From assembly GCA_052390515.1 (NCBI GenBank), contig JBQTGV010000154.1, positions 1-35,163 of the forward strand: 35,163 nt of DNA. Reading direction: 5' to 3'. A model generated the notes under the pieces. That model was not told where the DNA came from. It worked only from the letters and a program-made list of their open reading frames with translations, and made no database searches. Position numbers and translations under genes: made by a program. Shown one piece after another: positions 17,541 through 29,237 of the stretch. Numbering within the stretch: the first letter of the stretch is position 1; each line of letters begins with the position of its first letter. The stretch is from Candidatus Eiseniibacteriota bacterium. GTDB lineage: Bacteria; ARS69.

Positions 17541-18401
17541 TCAGTGTCCGCCGTGCCGCCCGATCACGTACTGGAGGACCAGCGTGACCAGAGCCAGCAG
17601 CGTCAGCAGCGAGGCTACGGCGAAGGCCCCCGCGAACTGGTACTCGTTGTACAGCATCTCCACGTGCAGCGGGACGGTCGTCGTGCGACCCCGGATGTGG
17701 CCGGAGACCACGGAGACCGCGCCGAACTCTCCCATGGCGCGCGCGTTGCAGAGCACGATGCCGTACACCAGCCCCCACTTGATCTTCGGCAGGCTGATGC
17801 GGAAGAACATCCTCCAGGCGGACGCGCCCAGCGTCAACGCCGCCTCCTCCTCATGGACGCCCTGGGCCTCCATGAGGGGGATGAGCTCCCGCGCGACGAG
17901 CGGGCTGGTCACGAACATCGTGGCGATCAGGATTCCGGGATAGGCGAAGATGATCCGCCAGCCGTGGTCCTGCAGGAACGGGCCGAACCAGCCGTGCGCG
18001 CCGAAGAGAAGCACGAAGACCATGCCGGAGACGACCGGGGAGACGGCGAAGGGCACGTCCAGGAACGAGAGCAGGAGGTCCCGCCCCGGAAAGCGGTACC
18101 GGGCGATCGCCCACGCGGCGGCGACGCCGAACACGACGTTCAGCGGCACGCAGGCCAGCGCCACGAAGAGCGTCAGCCGGATGGAGGCGAGCGTCACTGG
18201 ATCGGCGAGGGCCGCGAGGTACGCTCCGACGCCCTCCGAGAAAGCCTCGGCGAAGACCAGGGCGAGCGGCAGGAACAGGAACAGGGCGAGGAACCCCACC
18301 GCCAGGGCGATGGCGGCGCGGCGCACCATCTTCGGTTCGGTGAGATGGACCGGCGCGCCCTCCGGCGAGAGCGTCCCGGCCTTGAAATCGCGACCGTGCA
18401 A
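17541..18401 (-). CDS. cysW: Sulfate ABC transporter permease CysW
   Basis: TTG start after GGGAGGA; VPLNVVFGVAAAW, DVPFAVSPVVSG, PLVARELIPLME.QG..EEEAALTLGAS, ARAMGEFGAVSVVSGHIRG.T.T.PLHVE. Confidence 0.93.
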   Translation of the reverse strand: MHGRDFKAGTLSPEGAPVHLTEPKMVRRAAIALAVGFLALFLFLPLALVFAEAFSEGVGAYLAALADPVTLASIRLTLFVALACVPLNVVFGVAAAWAIARYRFPGRDLLLSFLDVPFAVSPVVSGMVFVLLFGAHGWFGPFLQDHGWRIIFAYPGILIATMFVTSPLVARELIPLMEAQGVHEEEAALTLGASAWRMFFRISLPKIKWGLVYGIVLCNARAMGEFGAVSVVSGHIRGRTTTVPLHVEMLYNEYQFAGAFAVASLLTLLALVTLVLQYVIGRHGGH

Positions 18402-18414
18402 GGCCGTCCTCCCC

Positions 18415-19236
18415 TCAGCGATGACCCGCGCGCATGCGCCTCTGCAGGACGTTCACGAGCAGCAGCGTGGCGAACGAGACGACGAGGAACACGAGCGCGA
18501 TCGCCGCCGCACCCTCGTAGTCGTACTCCTCCAGCCGGATCACGATCAGAAGCGGCGTGATCTCGGTCTCGAGGGGCACATTCCCGGCGATGAAGATGAC
18601 CGAACCGTACTCGCCGAGGCCGCGCGCGAAAGCCAGCGTGGCACCGGCGGCGACGGCCGGCAGGATCTGCGGCAGCACGATGCGGAGGAGCGTTCCGGCG
18701 CGCCCCGCTCCGAGCGTGGCCGCGGCTTCCTCCAGTTCCCGCGGCAGGTCGCGGAGCACCGGCTGCACGGTCCGCACCACGAAGGGCAGCCCGACGAAGG
18801 TCAGCGCGACGACGATCCCGAGCGGGGAGTAGGCCACCTGGATGCCGGTCTCCTCCAGGAACCTCCCGAGCCAGCCCTTCGCCGCGAACAGCGTCGTGAA
18901 CGTGATGCCGGCCACGGCGGTCGGCAGGGCGAAGGGAAGATCGACGAGTCCGTCCACCAGACGCCGTCCGGGGAACGGATAGCGGACCAGCACCCAGGCC
19001 ACCAGCAGCCCGAAGACGGCGTTCAGCAGCGCGGCCACCAGGGCCGCGGTGAAGCTCAGGCGATACGCGGCGAGCGCTCGCGGCGAGGTGGCCGTCTCGA
19101 AGAGACGCTCCCACCCCATGGACGCCGTCTTCAACGGAATCGTGGATAGCGGAATGAGGACCAGCAGCCCGAGATACGTCAGCGCGATCCCGAGCGACAG
19201 GCCGAATCCCGGCAGCCTCGCGTCGTCGCGGGTCAT
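18415..19236 (-). CDS. cysT: Sulfate ABC transporter permease CysT (CysU)
   Basis: ATGA overlap with the sbp stop; [69 protein letters not shown]. Confidence 0.93.
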   Translation of the reverse strand: MTRDDARLPGFGLSLGIALTYLGLLVLIPLSTIPLKTASMGWERLFETATSPRALAAYRLSFTAALVAALLNAVFGLLVAWVLVRYPFPGRRLVDGLVDLPFALPTAVAGITFTTLFAAKGWLGRFLEETGIQVAYSPLGIVVALTFVGLPFVVRTVQPVLRDLPRELEEAAATLGAGRAGTLLRIVLPQILPAVAAGATLAFARGLGEYGSVIFIAGNVPLETEITPLLIVIRLEEYDYEGAAAIALVFLVVSFATLLLVNVLQRRMRAGHR

Positions 19237-20276
19237 TTCCCCTTGCCGTAGATCTGATCGAAGACGCCGCCGTCGGCGAAGTGCGCGCGATGCGCGGCCG
19301 CCCACCCGCCGAAGAGCTCGTCCACGGTGAAGAGCGGGATCGTCGGGAAGCGATCGGCGTAGCGCGCGGCGACCTCGACCGAAGTAGGACGGAAGTTGTG
19401 CTGCGCGATGATCTCTTGCGCCTCCTGCGTGTACAGGAACTCCAGGTAGGCGCGCGCCGCCTTTTCCGTGCCGCGCCGCTTCACCACGATGTCGACCCAC
19501 GCGACCGCCGGCTCGGCGAGGATGCTCTCGCTGGGCGTGACCACCTCGACCGTGCCCGGAGCCAGCTCGCGCGCGGCCAGCAGGGCCTCGTTCTCCCAGG
19601 CGACGAGCACGTCACCGATGCCGCGTTCGAGGAAGCTCACCGTGGAGCCGCGCGCCCCCGTGTCCAGGATCGGACAGTTGCGGTAGATCCCCTTCACGAA
19701 CTCTCTCGCGCGCGCCTCGTCGCCCTTCCACTCGTGCATCGCCCAGCCCCACGCGGCGAGGTAGTTCCAGCGCGCGCCGCCCGAGGTCTTGGGATTGGCC
19801 GTGACCACCGAAACGCCTTCGCGGGCCAGGTCGCCCCAGTTCCGGATGCCCTTGGGGTTTCCCTTGCGCACGAGGAACACGACCGTGGAGACGTACGGGC
19901 AGCTGTTCTGCGGGAGTCGCGTCCGCCAGTCCTGCGCGATGGCGCCCGAGGCGGCGATCGCATCGATGTCGTAGGGAAGCGCCAGCGTGACCACGTCGGC
20001 CTCCAGCCCGTCGATCACCGACCGGGCCTGTTTGCCGGAGCCGCTGTGGGACTGGTCGATCACGAGCGTCTCGCCGGTCTCGGCCTTCCACCGGGCCGCG
20101 AACCCCGCGTTGACTTCCTGGTACAGCTCGCGCGTGGGGTCGTAGGACACGTTCAGCAGGCGACGGTCCTTCGCCGGCGCCGGGCCGGCGAGCAGGAGCG
20201 CTGCCGCCGCCGCGACCACGGCTCCCCTTCCCCGCGAGGCACCTGCCGATCCGAAAACGTTGCATCGAAGTCTCAT
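19233..20276 (-). CDS. sbp: Periplasmic sulfate/thiosulfate-binding protein (Sbp/CysP)
   Basis: Signal peptide; [71 protein letters not shown]. Confidence 0.95.
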   Translation of the reverse strand: MRLRCNVFGSAGASRGRGAVVAAAAALLLAGPAPAKDRRLLNVSYDPTRELYQEVNAGFAARWKAETGETLVIDQSHSGSGKQARSVIDGLEADVVTLALPYDIDAIAASGAIAQDWRTRLPQNSCPYVSTVVFLVRKGNPKGIRNWGDLAREGVSVVTANPKTSGGARWNYLAAWGWAMHEWKGDEARAREFVKGIYRNCPILDTGARGSTVSFLERGIGDVLVAWENEALLAARELAPGTVEVVTPSESILAEPAVAWVDIVVKRRGTEKAARAYLEFLYTQEAQEIIAQHNFRPTSVEVAARYADRFPTIPLFTVDELFGGWAAAHRAHFADGGVFDQIYGKGK

Positions 20277-20279
20277 GGC

Positions 20280-22145
<1,866 letters not shown>

Positions 22146-22174
22146 GTCGCCTCCCGCGGGGGCTGTCGAGACCC

Positions 22175-22238
22175 AAGATAGGTCGCGGGGGGTGACGGCG
22201 TCGGTGGAAACCCGGTGACGGCGGATGTCACCGCCGTC
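22175..22238 (-). promoter_or_regulatory. Putative regulated promoter of the cys-TCS operon with phased direct repeats
   Basis: -10-like TATCTT (22180-22175); GGTGACGGCG at 22191-22200 and 22214-22223 with a GGTG half-copy at 22203; 8-bp inverted repeat GACGGCGG-N6-CCGCCGTC (22217-22238). Confidence 0.55.
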
Positions 22239-22336
22239 GAGTCAATCTGCCGGGCGTGGGGGCCGGCCTCGCCGGCCTCAAGCTTCGGCGCGAACCTGCC
22301 GAGGTTACAGGGATTCCTCGAACCCCGGGGCAGGTC

Positions 22337-22831
22337 ATGCGCCGTAAGAACGAACGAAAAGCGGTGATCGTCGACGGATCGGTCCAGGCGAAGATCGTGC
22401 TCGCCACTTCGCTTCCCATGATCGGCTGCCTGCTGCTGGCGGTCGCGGTGCAGTTCTGGTACGAGAGGCAGATCTCGCAGGGTAGCATCGCCGCGGAAGG
22501 CACGATTCTCGGAATGCCCGTGGACAGGCTGGGCATGCTGGTCCTCTTCGTCGGCTGCGCTACCGTGCAGGTCGTCTCCGCGCTGCTCTCCTCGCACAAG
22601 GTCGCAGGCGCCTCGCTGCGCATCGCCAGCGTACTGAACGCCTTCCGTGACGGCGACCGGAGCGCGCGCGTCCGCCTTCGCCGGGGCGACTACCAGCAAT
22701 CGCTGGCGGACGAGATCAACGGCCTGCTGGACTGGGTCGAGTCCGCTCCGGACGCACCGCGCGGCGACCAGCCTTCCCGGGCGCGCACCGGCGCTCCGGG
22801 CCGTCCCGAAGCCGCCGCGACGCGGAGCTAG
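22337..22831 (+). CDS. Small two-TM membrane protein with a HAMP-like domain
   Basis: Basic N-terminus (RRKNERK..I.D..Q), two hydrophobic segments, SHKVAG..RI...L.....GD..ARVRLRRGD....LADEIN HAMP-like helix pair. Confidence 0.7.
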   Translation: MRRKNERKAVIVDGSVQAKIVLATSLPMIGCLLLAVAVQFWYERQISQGSIAAEGTILGMPVDRLGMLVLFVGCATVQVVSALLSSHKVAGASLRIASVLNAFRDGDRSARVRLRRGDYQQSLADEINGLLDWVESAPDAPRGDQPSRARTGAPGRPEAAATRS

Positions 22832-22833
22832 CC

Positions 22834-24618
22834 GTGAACCACGACGAGAAGCGCCCCGCCGTCGGACTCGACGAGCACGGCTCGGTCCTGCTGATCAGCC
22901 TGGTCATGCTCGTCGTGTTCACGCTGATCGGCGCGACGATCCTCACGCTGGCCAGCACCGAGGGGAACATCGCCACCAACCACGCCGGCGCGACGCAGGC
23001 GCTGTTCGTCGCCGAGTCCGGCGCGCAGACGGCGTATGCCTCGCTCGCGGCGAATAATTTCCAGGGCTACACGCACCAGCCGGACGGAACCCTGGAAGTG
23101 GCGCAGCCGCTCCTGCCCATCGCGTTCCCGGGTGGCCTCGTGATGGATCGCCCGGGCAGCGACGGGCTCCGCGACGAGCGCGACGACGGGGCGATGGTGT
23201 GGGAGTGGTCGCCGGGCGACTCGGGCCTGGGGCTGACCCAGACGGGCCTGGACGAGTCCATGCGCTTCACCGTCCGCCGCGCGACGGCCGACCCGCAGGA
23301 GTCCCAGTTCGTGATCGAGGTGGAGGGCTCGCTCGGCAAGTACCGGAGCCGGCTGCAGGTGCTCGGCTACACCGAGCCGGTGTTCAACTACGCGCTCTTC
23401 GCCGACGGCCACCTCTCGGAATTCACCCGCGGGGAGGACCAGCACATCACCGGGAAGATCCATGCCAACGGTGACATGTACTTCCGCCCGTGGAATCCGC
23501 AGACGCTGAGCATCGACTCGCCGTCCATCACCGCGACCGGCCGGATGATCCGCACGACGGACATCTTCGGGCGGGATCTGCACTCGGGAAGCACCGTGCT
23601 GATCAAGGACTCGGCCGGCAACTACGTGGAGATGGAGCTCGGGACTCCGGGGAACGCCATGGACTCGCAGAACGCGGGCTGGGCGAACGACAACCCGAGC
23701 GACAGCATCGACGGGGCGCTCGAGCTGTGGGACGGGATCGTGCGCGACGGGTCCCTCGGCGCGACCCGCGTGGACACGCCCCCGGTGGAGACGCTGGAGC
23801 CCGGCGGCTGGTACGACCAGCGCGCCGCCCTGCGGCTGCGCGCCGGCGACGTGCAGGTGGACCAAGCCGGCAACAACATCAGTGGGGCCCTCGGCTCGGC
23901 GGTCCGCGAGGTCACGTTCTGGAATCCGGCCTTCGGCGAGTACGTCACCGTCCAGGAGCTGGACATGGCTCAGCTCGTGGCCGACGGAAACTTCCCGCCC
24001 AACGGACTCATCTACGCTGACGCCCCGCTGCGCATCGTGAACGCCGACCAGTTGGGCGGCGGCCTGACCGTCGTCGGCTCCCAGGCGATCTACACCAAGG
24101 GCCACTTCAACACGGTCAACAAACGGCCCGCCGCGATCATCTCCCGGGAGCGCATCTGGCACGTGTCCAACGCCTGGTCCGATGCGGACTCCAAGACGAA
24201 GGGATCGATCGCCGGACGGCAGGCGTCGAACGGCATCACGACGATCAATGCCGCGCTGGTGGACGGCCAGCCGCCGATCGGAACGGCGCAGTATGCCGAC
24301 CTGGATGGGGACGGCGAGCCGGACGATCCGGGCGCCGGCAACGCGATCGCCAACGCCGACCATCTGCTGGAGAGCTGGGGCGGAAGCCGCACGCTGCGGA
24401 AGCTCGGCTCCATCGTCCACCTGCAGAAGGCGGACATGGCCGACAACCTGTATAACACCGGCAGGGGGCCGGACGAGGCGCCCTGGATCCGCTTCACCGC
24501 GTACAACCCGCCGGAGCGTGACTACGCCTACGACCCGGCGCTGCAGAGCACGGCCGGTCAGCCGCCGTTCACGCTGCTGACGGGACGGATCTTCCTCTGG
24601 CAGGAGATCGGTTCGTAG
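22834..24618 (+). CDS. PilX-N-terminal domain (minor pilin/GspK-like) protein with a large C-terminal domain
   Basis: GGAG RBS, GTG start; DEHG|SVLLISLVMLVVFTLIG class III signal lacking Glu5; QALFVAESG PilX motif; G.IHANG beta-helix-like segment; DLDGDGE Ca-loop-like motif. Confidence 0.8.
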   Translation: MNHDEKRPAVGLDEHGSVLLISLVMLVVFTLIGATILTLASTEGNIATNHAGATQALFVAESGAQTAYASLAANNFQGYTHQPDGTLEVAQPLLPIAFPGGLVMDRPGSDGLRDERDDGAMVWEWSPGDSGLGLTQTGLDESMRFTVRRATADPQESQFVIEVEGSLGKYRSRLQVLGYTEPVFNYALFADGHLSEFTRGEDQHITGKIHANGDMYFRPWNPQTLSIDSPSITATGRMIRTTDIFGRDLHSGSTVLIKDSAGNYVEMELGTPGNAMDSQNAGWANDNPSDSIDGALELWDGIVRDGSLGATRVDTPPVETLEPGGWYDQRAALRLRAGDVQVDQAGNNISGALGSAVREVTFWNPAFGEYVTVQELDMAQLVADGNFPPNGLIYADAPLRIVNADQLGGGLTVVGSQAIYTKGHFNTVNKRPAAIISRERIWHVSNAWSDADSKTKGSIAGRQASNGITTINAALVDGQPPIGTAQYADLDGDGEPDDPGAGNAIANADHLLESWGGSRTLRKLGSIVHLQKADMADNLYNTGRGPDEAPWIRFTAYNPPERDYAYDPALQSTAGQPPFTLLTGRIFLWQEIGS

Positions 24619-24675
24619 CGAAGGCCGGACGCCCTCGGTCCGAGGCGCCCGGACCGAGCCCGAGCCGATCGACCG

Positions 24676-25101
24676 TCAGTCGTCGTCGGCAGGAGCGCGG
24701 CGGGACGCCTTCCGGACCGAACGGCGCCGCTTCTCGTCCAGCCGCTTCCGCCTCGCCGCGCCCGTCGGCCTGGTCTTCCTTCGGCGCTTCGGAACGACTG
24801 ATGCCCGCCGGACCAGCTCTTCCAGCCGCGACAGCGCGTCTTCCCGGTTCCTCTCCTGCGTGCGGAAGCGCTGCGCGTCGATCCGCAGAACGCCGCCCGC
24901 GGTCACGCGGCGGCCGCCGAGGCGGATCAGCCGCTCCTTGACGTCGTCCGACAGGACGCGCGAGGCGCGCACGTCGAAGCGCAGTCGGACTGCGGTGGCG
25001 ACTTTGTTGACGTTCTGGCCGCCGGGACCCGAGGCGCGGACGAACTCGAGCGAGACTTCGTCGTCGGGGACTCGCCGGGCGGGAGAATCAGTTCCCGCCA
25101 C
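24676..25101 (-). CDS. arfB: Alternative ribosome rescue peptidyl-tRNA hydrolase ArfB (YaeJ)
   Basis: FVRASGPGGQNVNKVATAVRLRFD, RTQERNREDAL.RL, basic tail KRRRKTRPT..RRKRLDEKRRRS; start codon uncertain. Confidence 0.93.
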   Translation of the reverse strand: MAGTDSPARRVPDDEVSLEFVRASGPGGQNVNKVATAVRLRFDVRASRVLSDDVKERLIRLGGRRVTAGGVLRIDAQRFRTQERNREDALSRLEELVRRASVVPKRRRKTRPTGAARRKRLDEKRRRSVRKASRRAPADDD

Positions 25102-25489
25102 GCTTCTCCCGCTTCAGCTCGAATCCGCGCAGGATCACGTAGGCGATCAGCGAGAACACGAAGAAGACGAGCAGCATCCAGGCCGTGCTCTGCGCGGTGC
25201 TGATGATCGCGCGGTAGAGCTCGAGCACCCACCGCTCCCCGTTGAGGACGATCGGCACCTCGTCGGGTCCCCGCCCGGTGATGTACTTCTCCAGGTCCCA
25301 GATGCGGACCCCGCCCGAGACGCCGACGACGTAGATGGCGAAGAGCAGGTATCGCTTCCACGCCGTGCCGAGGTCCGCGCCGACGAGCCGGTCGAGAATG
25401 GTGTGGATCGGTGCACGGAAGAGCCGCGCGATGAGCGCGCACACGAGAACGGACGCCACGAGCGTCACTGCGAGAAGGGAGATGAACAC
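25088..25489 (-). CDS. Hypothetical membrane protein (about 3 TM)
   Basis: Three hydrophobic segments; overlaps the arfB start; GTG lies 6 nt after a TAGAAT -10 element. Confidence 0.75.
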   Translation of the reverse strand: MFISLLAVTLVASVLVCALIARLFRAPIHTILDRLVGADLGTAWKRYLLFAIYVVGVSGGVRIWDLEKYITGRGPDEVPIVLNGERWVLELYRAIISTAQSTAWMLLVFFVFSLIAYVILRGFELKREKRGGN

Positions 25490-25571
25490 GGCCGGATTCT
25501 AATCGATCCCGGGGACGCTGGCCCGCCTTCCCTGGCCGAGCCCCGACGCCCGGTGCGGGGCCTGCGTAACG

Positions 25572-28500
25572 TCAGTCGATCCGGATGGCCTTGCGGGTCT
25601 CGGCCATCGGGCCGGACTGCAGGCGCACGAAGTACACGCCGGGAGCGACGATGCTCCCGCCGGCGTCCCGGCCGTCCCAGCGGGCGTCGAAACGACCGGC
25701 GTCCACATGGCCGCTCAGCAGGGTGCGGACCCGCCTCCCGGATACGTCGAAGACCGAAAGCTCGGTCGAGGCCGCGACCGGAATGGCGAAGCGGAACGTC
25801 GTGTCGTCCCGGAACGGATTCGGCGCGCCGACCGACAGCGAAAGGACCTGCTCCGGCGCCTCGGGCACCACGGGCTGCTGCGGCGCCGAGGTCCGCGCCA
25901 CGGCGGCCAGGAGCACCGGGGCCGCCGACGGGAAGGTCGCCGTCCAGAGGTCGGAGTCCCGGGCGAACGCGATCTTCTGCCCGTCCGGCGACCACACCGG
26001 CTGCACGTCCGAGTTCGGCCCCGAGGTGATCGGGGTGGCTGCCCCTCCTCCCGCGGGCATCACCCAGATGTCCGAGGTGCCGCTGCGGTCCGAGTGGAAC
26101 GCGATCTGCGTGCCATCCGGCGACCAGTCCGGCCCGCCGTCGACCATCGGATCGAACGTCAGCTGCGTCTCCGTGCCGCCACCGGACGGAATCACGTAGA
26201 GGTCTCCGCCACCCGACCGGTCGGAGCGGAACACGATCTGCGTGCCGTCGGGCGACCACGCCGGGTACGAGTCCACGCCCGGGTCGAACGTGAGTCGCGT
26301 CGCCGTGCCTCCGACGGCCGGAACCACGTAGATGTCGTTCCCCTTCTCGAACGCGACCATCGTCCCGTTCGGCGACCAGGCCGGGTACCGGTCGGGAGCC
26401 ACAGGATCGGCGACGAGAGCGGTCGCGCCTCCGCCGGACGTCGCGCGAACGTACAGGTCGGTGCTGACCGTCAGCACCGCCGCATAGACGACCTGGCTTC
26501 CGTCGGGGGAGACGTCGGGGAACTGATCCACCTTCGTGTTGAACGTCTGCTGGGTGGCCGTGCCACCGGTCGATGGGAGGGTCCACAGGTCGCGATTGCC
26601 GGAGCGCATGGAATCGAACCAGATCGTCGAGCCGTCCGGCGTCCAGGCCGGGCTCCGGTCGCTGACGCCGCCCGTGCCGATCTGGGTGAGCACGATGCTC
26701 CCGCTCGCGACGGTGAGATCGACGGAGTCGCCGTCGTTCGTCGGGTTGGGATCGGCCTGGTCCAAAGCGCTCACGGCCGCCGTGTTGGTGATCGTCAGTC
26801 CGGAGGTACCACCGTCCACGGTGGCGGTAACGCCCAGCGTGGCGACGGCTCCGCCGGCCAACGTCCCCAGCGTCCAGACGCCGGTCACGCTGGCGTAGGT
26901 GCCCTGGCTCGGCACGTCCGACGTGTACGTCACGCCGGCCGGCAGCAGATCGGTGATCTCGAGGCCGGTCGCGGCCAGGGCTCCGGTGTTCGTCGCCCGG
27001 ATCGTGTAGACGATCGTGTCGCTCTCCGACGGCGTGGCGTCGTCCACCAGCGCGACCACCGAGAGGTCCGCGGTCGGCACGGCGCCGGGAACGTCGACCA
27101 CCCAGATGTCCTTGTTGCCGGAACGGTCCGAGACGAAGCACAGCTTGGTGCCGTCGGGGGACCAGTTCAGGATCGCGTCGACGCCCGGGCCGTTGGTGAT
27201 CTGGGTGGCGGGCGGCTCGCCCGTCGAGGGCATCACCCACAGGTCCTGGCTCGTGCCCCGCCCCGAGCTGAACGCGATCAGCGAACCGTTCGGAGACCAC
27301 TGGGGATCGAAGTTCGGACCCGTCACGGTAGTGAGCTGCGTCTCCGGACCGCCCCCCACCGGCATCGTGAAGACGTGGAGCGGCCCGAGGCGGTCGGAGT
27401 CGAAGAGCATGGTCAAGCCGTCCGGCGAGTAGTCCGCGTCGGTCTCGATGCTCGGCGCGGCCGTGATCGGCACTGCCGTTCCGCCGGTCGCGGGGATCTC
27501 CCACAGCTCGTAAGTCCCGGCGTTCACGTCGAAGGAGAGCTTCGTTCCGTCGGGCGACCAGCTCGCGCGACGGTCGATCGTGGGATTCGAGTTGACCTGG
27601 AACGGCACTCCGCCCGCCGACGGAACGGTCCAGATGTCGTAGTTGCCGGCGCGGTCGGAGTCGAACGCGATGGTTTGCCCGTCCGGCGACCAGTCGGGAT
27701 GCTCATCGTTGGCCGGACCGATGGTCAACTGCGTGGCCGACCCACCGGTCGCCGAGACCACGTACACGTGGAAGCTGCCCGATCGGTTCGAGCTCCACGC
27801 GATCTTCGTTCCGTCCGGGGACCAGGCCGGCATGGTATCGATGCCGGGATCGAACGTGAGCTGCACCGCGGAGTCGATCCCCGGGATATTGGGCACGACG
27901 GTCGCCGTGGCGCTGTCGTTCGTCGGGTTCGGATCGGACGGGGAAGACGCGGTCCGCGTGGCCGTGTTCGCGATCGGCGTCCCACCTGTACCCACGTTCA
28001 CCGTGGCATCGATCGTGAGGGTAGCCTGTGCCGTGGCGAGCAGCGACCCGACCGTCCACAGCCCGGTGACGTCGCTGTACGCACCCTGGGACGGGACGGC
28101 GGAGGCGAACGTCACCCCGGCCGGCAGCAGATCGGTGACCTCGACTCCGGTCGCGGTGTCCGGACCGCCGTTCGTCACCGTGATCGTGTACTGGATCGTC
28201 GCGCTTTCGTCGGGAGTCGTATCGTCGACCGACTTCGCCACGACGAGGTCCGCCTGCGGCGTGATGGCGAGCGTCGCGATCCACAGACCGCTCCCGGCTC
28301 GGGCGAAGACGATGCTCGCCCCGTCCGGCGACCAGTCCGGGTTCACGTCGGAGGCGGCGGCCGTCGTGACCTGCATGGCGGCGCCTCCCGCGGAGGGCAT
28401 GGTCCAGATGTCGTTGTTGCCGGCACGGCTCGACTGGAAGGCGATCTGCGTGCCGTCCGGCGACCAATCGGGCGCGCCGTCGGACGCGGGGTCGGTGGTG

Positions 28501-29141
28501 AGCTGCGTGGCCAGGCCGCCGCCCGACGGGATCACCCACACGTCGATGTTGCCGCTGCGGTCGGACTGGAACGCGATCTGGGTCCCGTCGGGCGACCACG
28601 TGGGGTGCGTGTCGTTCGCCGGATCAGTGGTCAGCTGTACGGGGGTACCTCCGGTCGCCGGGAGGACGTAGATGTCCGTGCCCTTCACGTACGCGACCTG
28701 GGATCCGTCGGGAGACCACGCGGGGAGCGCATCGATGTTCGCCGCATCGAGGTGCAGCAGCGTGGCGGCGCCGCCGCTGATCGGCCGCGTGTAAATGTCC
28801 GTGAACCCGCCGCCGACCGGCGCGGAGGCCAGCGCGTAAGCGGTCCCGTCCGGCGACCAATCCGGCTGCTGGTCCACGCCCTTCGAAAGGGTGAGGCGAA
28901 CGGCGGTGCCGCCGACGGCCGGGATGGACCAGACGTCCAGGTTCGCCGATCGGTTCGACTCGAAGAGAATCGTGGTGCCGTCCGGGGACCAGGCCGGCCT
29001 CTGATCGCCGACGATCGTGGTCAGCTGCGTCTCGGTGACCTGCGCGAGCCCCGGGAACCCCGAGAGGCCGACGAGCACGACGCCCCAGGCCGCAATCCCC
29101 GCCCGACGGTGGGACGGGGAACGAACCGGATGTACGAACAC
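25572..29141 (-). CDS. Secreted protein: three TolB-like (PD40) six-bladed propellers separated by two DUF11 Ig-like domains, with an FlgD-Ig/T9SS-like C-terminal domain
   Basis: GGAGG RBS, GTG start, signal peptide; 18 P.WSPDG-type repeats in three groups of 6; two ADL.V...VDD.TP.E..TI.YTI..TN.G...ATG.E.TDLLPAGVT...PSQG.Y....G.WT.G.L domains; PNPF..FDVSGRRVR..WDGRD..GVYFVRL tail. Confidence 0.9.
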   Translation of the reverse strand: MFVHPVRSPSHRRAGIAAWGVVLVGLSGFPGLAQVTETQLTTIVGDQRPAWSPDGTTILFESNRSANLDVWSIPAVGGTAVRLTLSKGVDQQPDWSPDGTAYALASAPVGGGFTDIYTRPISGGAATLLHLDAANIDALPAWSPDGSQVAYVKGTDIYVLPATGGTPVQLTTDPANDTHPTWSPDGTQIAFQSDRSGNIDVWVIPSGGGLATQLTTDPASDGAPDWSPDGTQIAFQSSRAGNNDIWTMPSAGGAAMQVTTAAASDVNPDWSPDGASIVFARAGSGLWIATLAITPQADLVVAKSVDDTTPDESATIQYTITVTNGGPDTATGVEVTDLLPAGVTFASAVPSQGAYSDVTGLWTVGSLLATAQATLTIDATVNVGTGGTPIANTATRTASSPSDPNPTNDSATATVVPNIPGIDSAVQLTFDPGIDTMPAWSPDGTKIAWSSNRSGSFHVYVVSATGGSATQLTIGPANDEHPDWSPDGQTIAFDSDRAGNYDIWTVPSAGGVPFQVNSNPTIDRRASWSPDGTKLSFDVNAGTYELWEIPATGGTAVPITAAPSIETDADYSPDGLTMLFDSDRLGPLHVFTMPVGGGPETQLTTVTGPNFDPQWSPNGSLIAFSSGRGTSQDLWVMPSTGEPPATQITNGPGVDAILNWSPDGTKLCFVSDRSGNKDIWVVDVPGAVPTADLSVVALVDDATPSESDTIVYTIRATNTGALAATGLEITDLLPAGVTYTSDVPSQGTYASVTGVWTLGTLAGGAVATLGVTATVDGGTSGLTITNTAAVSALDQADPNPTNDGDSVDLTVASGSIVLTQIGTGGVSDRSPAWTPDGSTIWFDSMRSGNRDLWTLPSTGGTATQQTFNTKVDQFPDVSPDGSQVVYAAVLTVSTDLYVRATSGGGATALVADPVAPDRYPAWSPNGTMVAFEKGNDIYVVPAVGGTATRLTFDPGVDSYPAWSPDGTQIVFRSDRSGGGDLYVIPSGGGTETQLTFDPMVDGGPDWSPDGTQIAFHSDRSGTSDIWVMPAGGGAATPITSGPNSDVQPVWSPDGQKIAFARDSDLWTATFPSAAPVLLAAVARTSAPQQPVVPEAPEQVLSLSVGAPNPFRDDTTFRFAIPVAASTELSVFDVSGRRVRTLLSGHVDAGRFDARWDGRDAGGSIVAPGVYFVRLQSGPMAETRKAIRID

Positions 29142-29206
29142 ACTGCCTCCACGACGCGTTGCCGAACTGGGTGTGGAATCCCGGGGGGGGGAGAGTCGAG
29201 TGACCG

Positions 29207-29237
29207 ATTATAACGGGAACCCCCCGTGGGCCGACAA
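29207..29237 (-). promoter_or_regulatory. Putative promoter of the triple-propeller gene
   Basis: Perfect TATAAT (29212-29207); the best -35-like TTGTCG (29237-29232) gives a long 19-nt spacer. Confidence 0.5.

Noticed and set aside
22240-22245. TTGACT as the -35 of the cys operon
   Set aside because: It lies 59 nt from the only -10-like hexamer, with no -10 at 16-19 nt spacing
24625-24652. Terminator between the PilX-like gene and arfB
   Set aside because: Imperfect GC hairpin with a tiny loop and no U-tract; not distinguishable from chance at this GC content
25960-29000. Regularly spaced CCGTCCGGCGACCA-like DNA repeats resembling a CRISPR array
   Set aside because: They are the WSPDG codons of PD40 protein repeats, ~130 nt apart, degenerate and in frame; no cas genes
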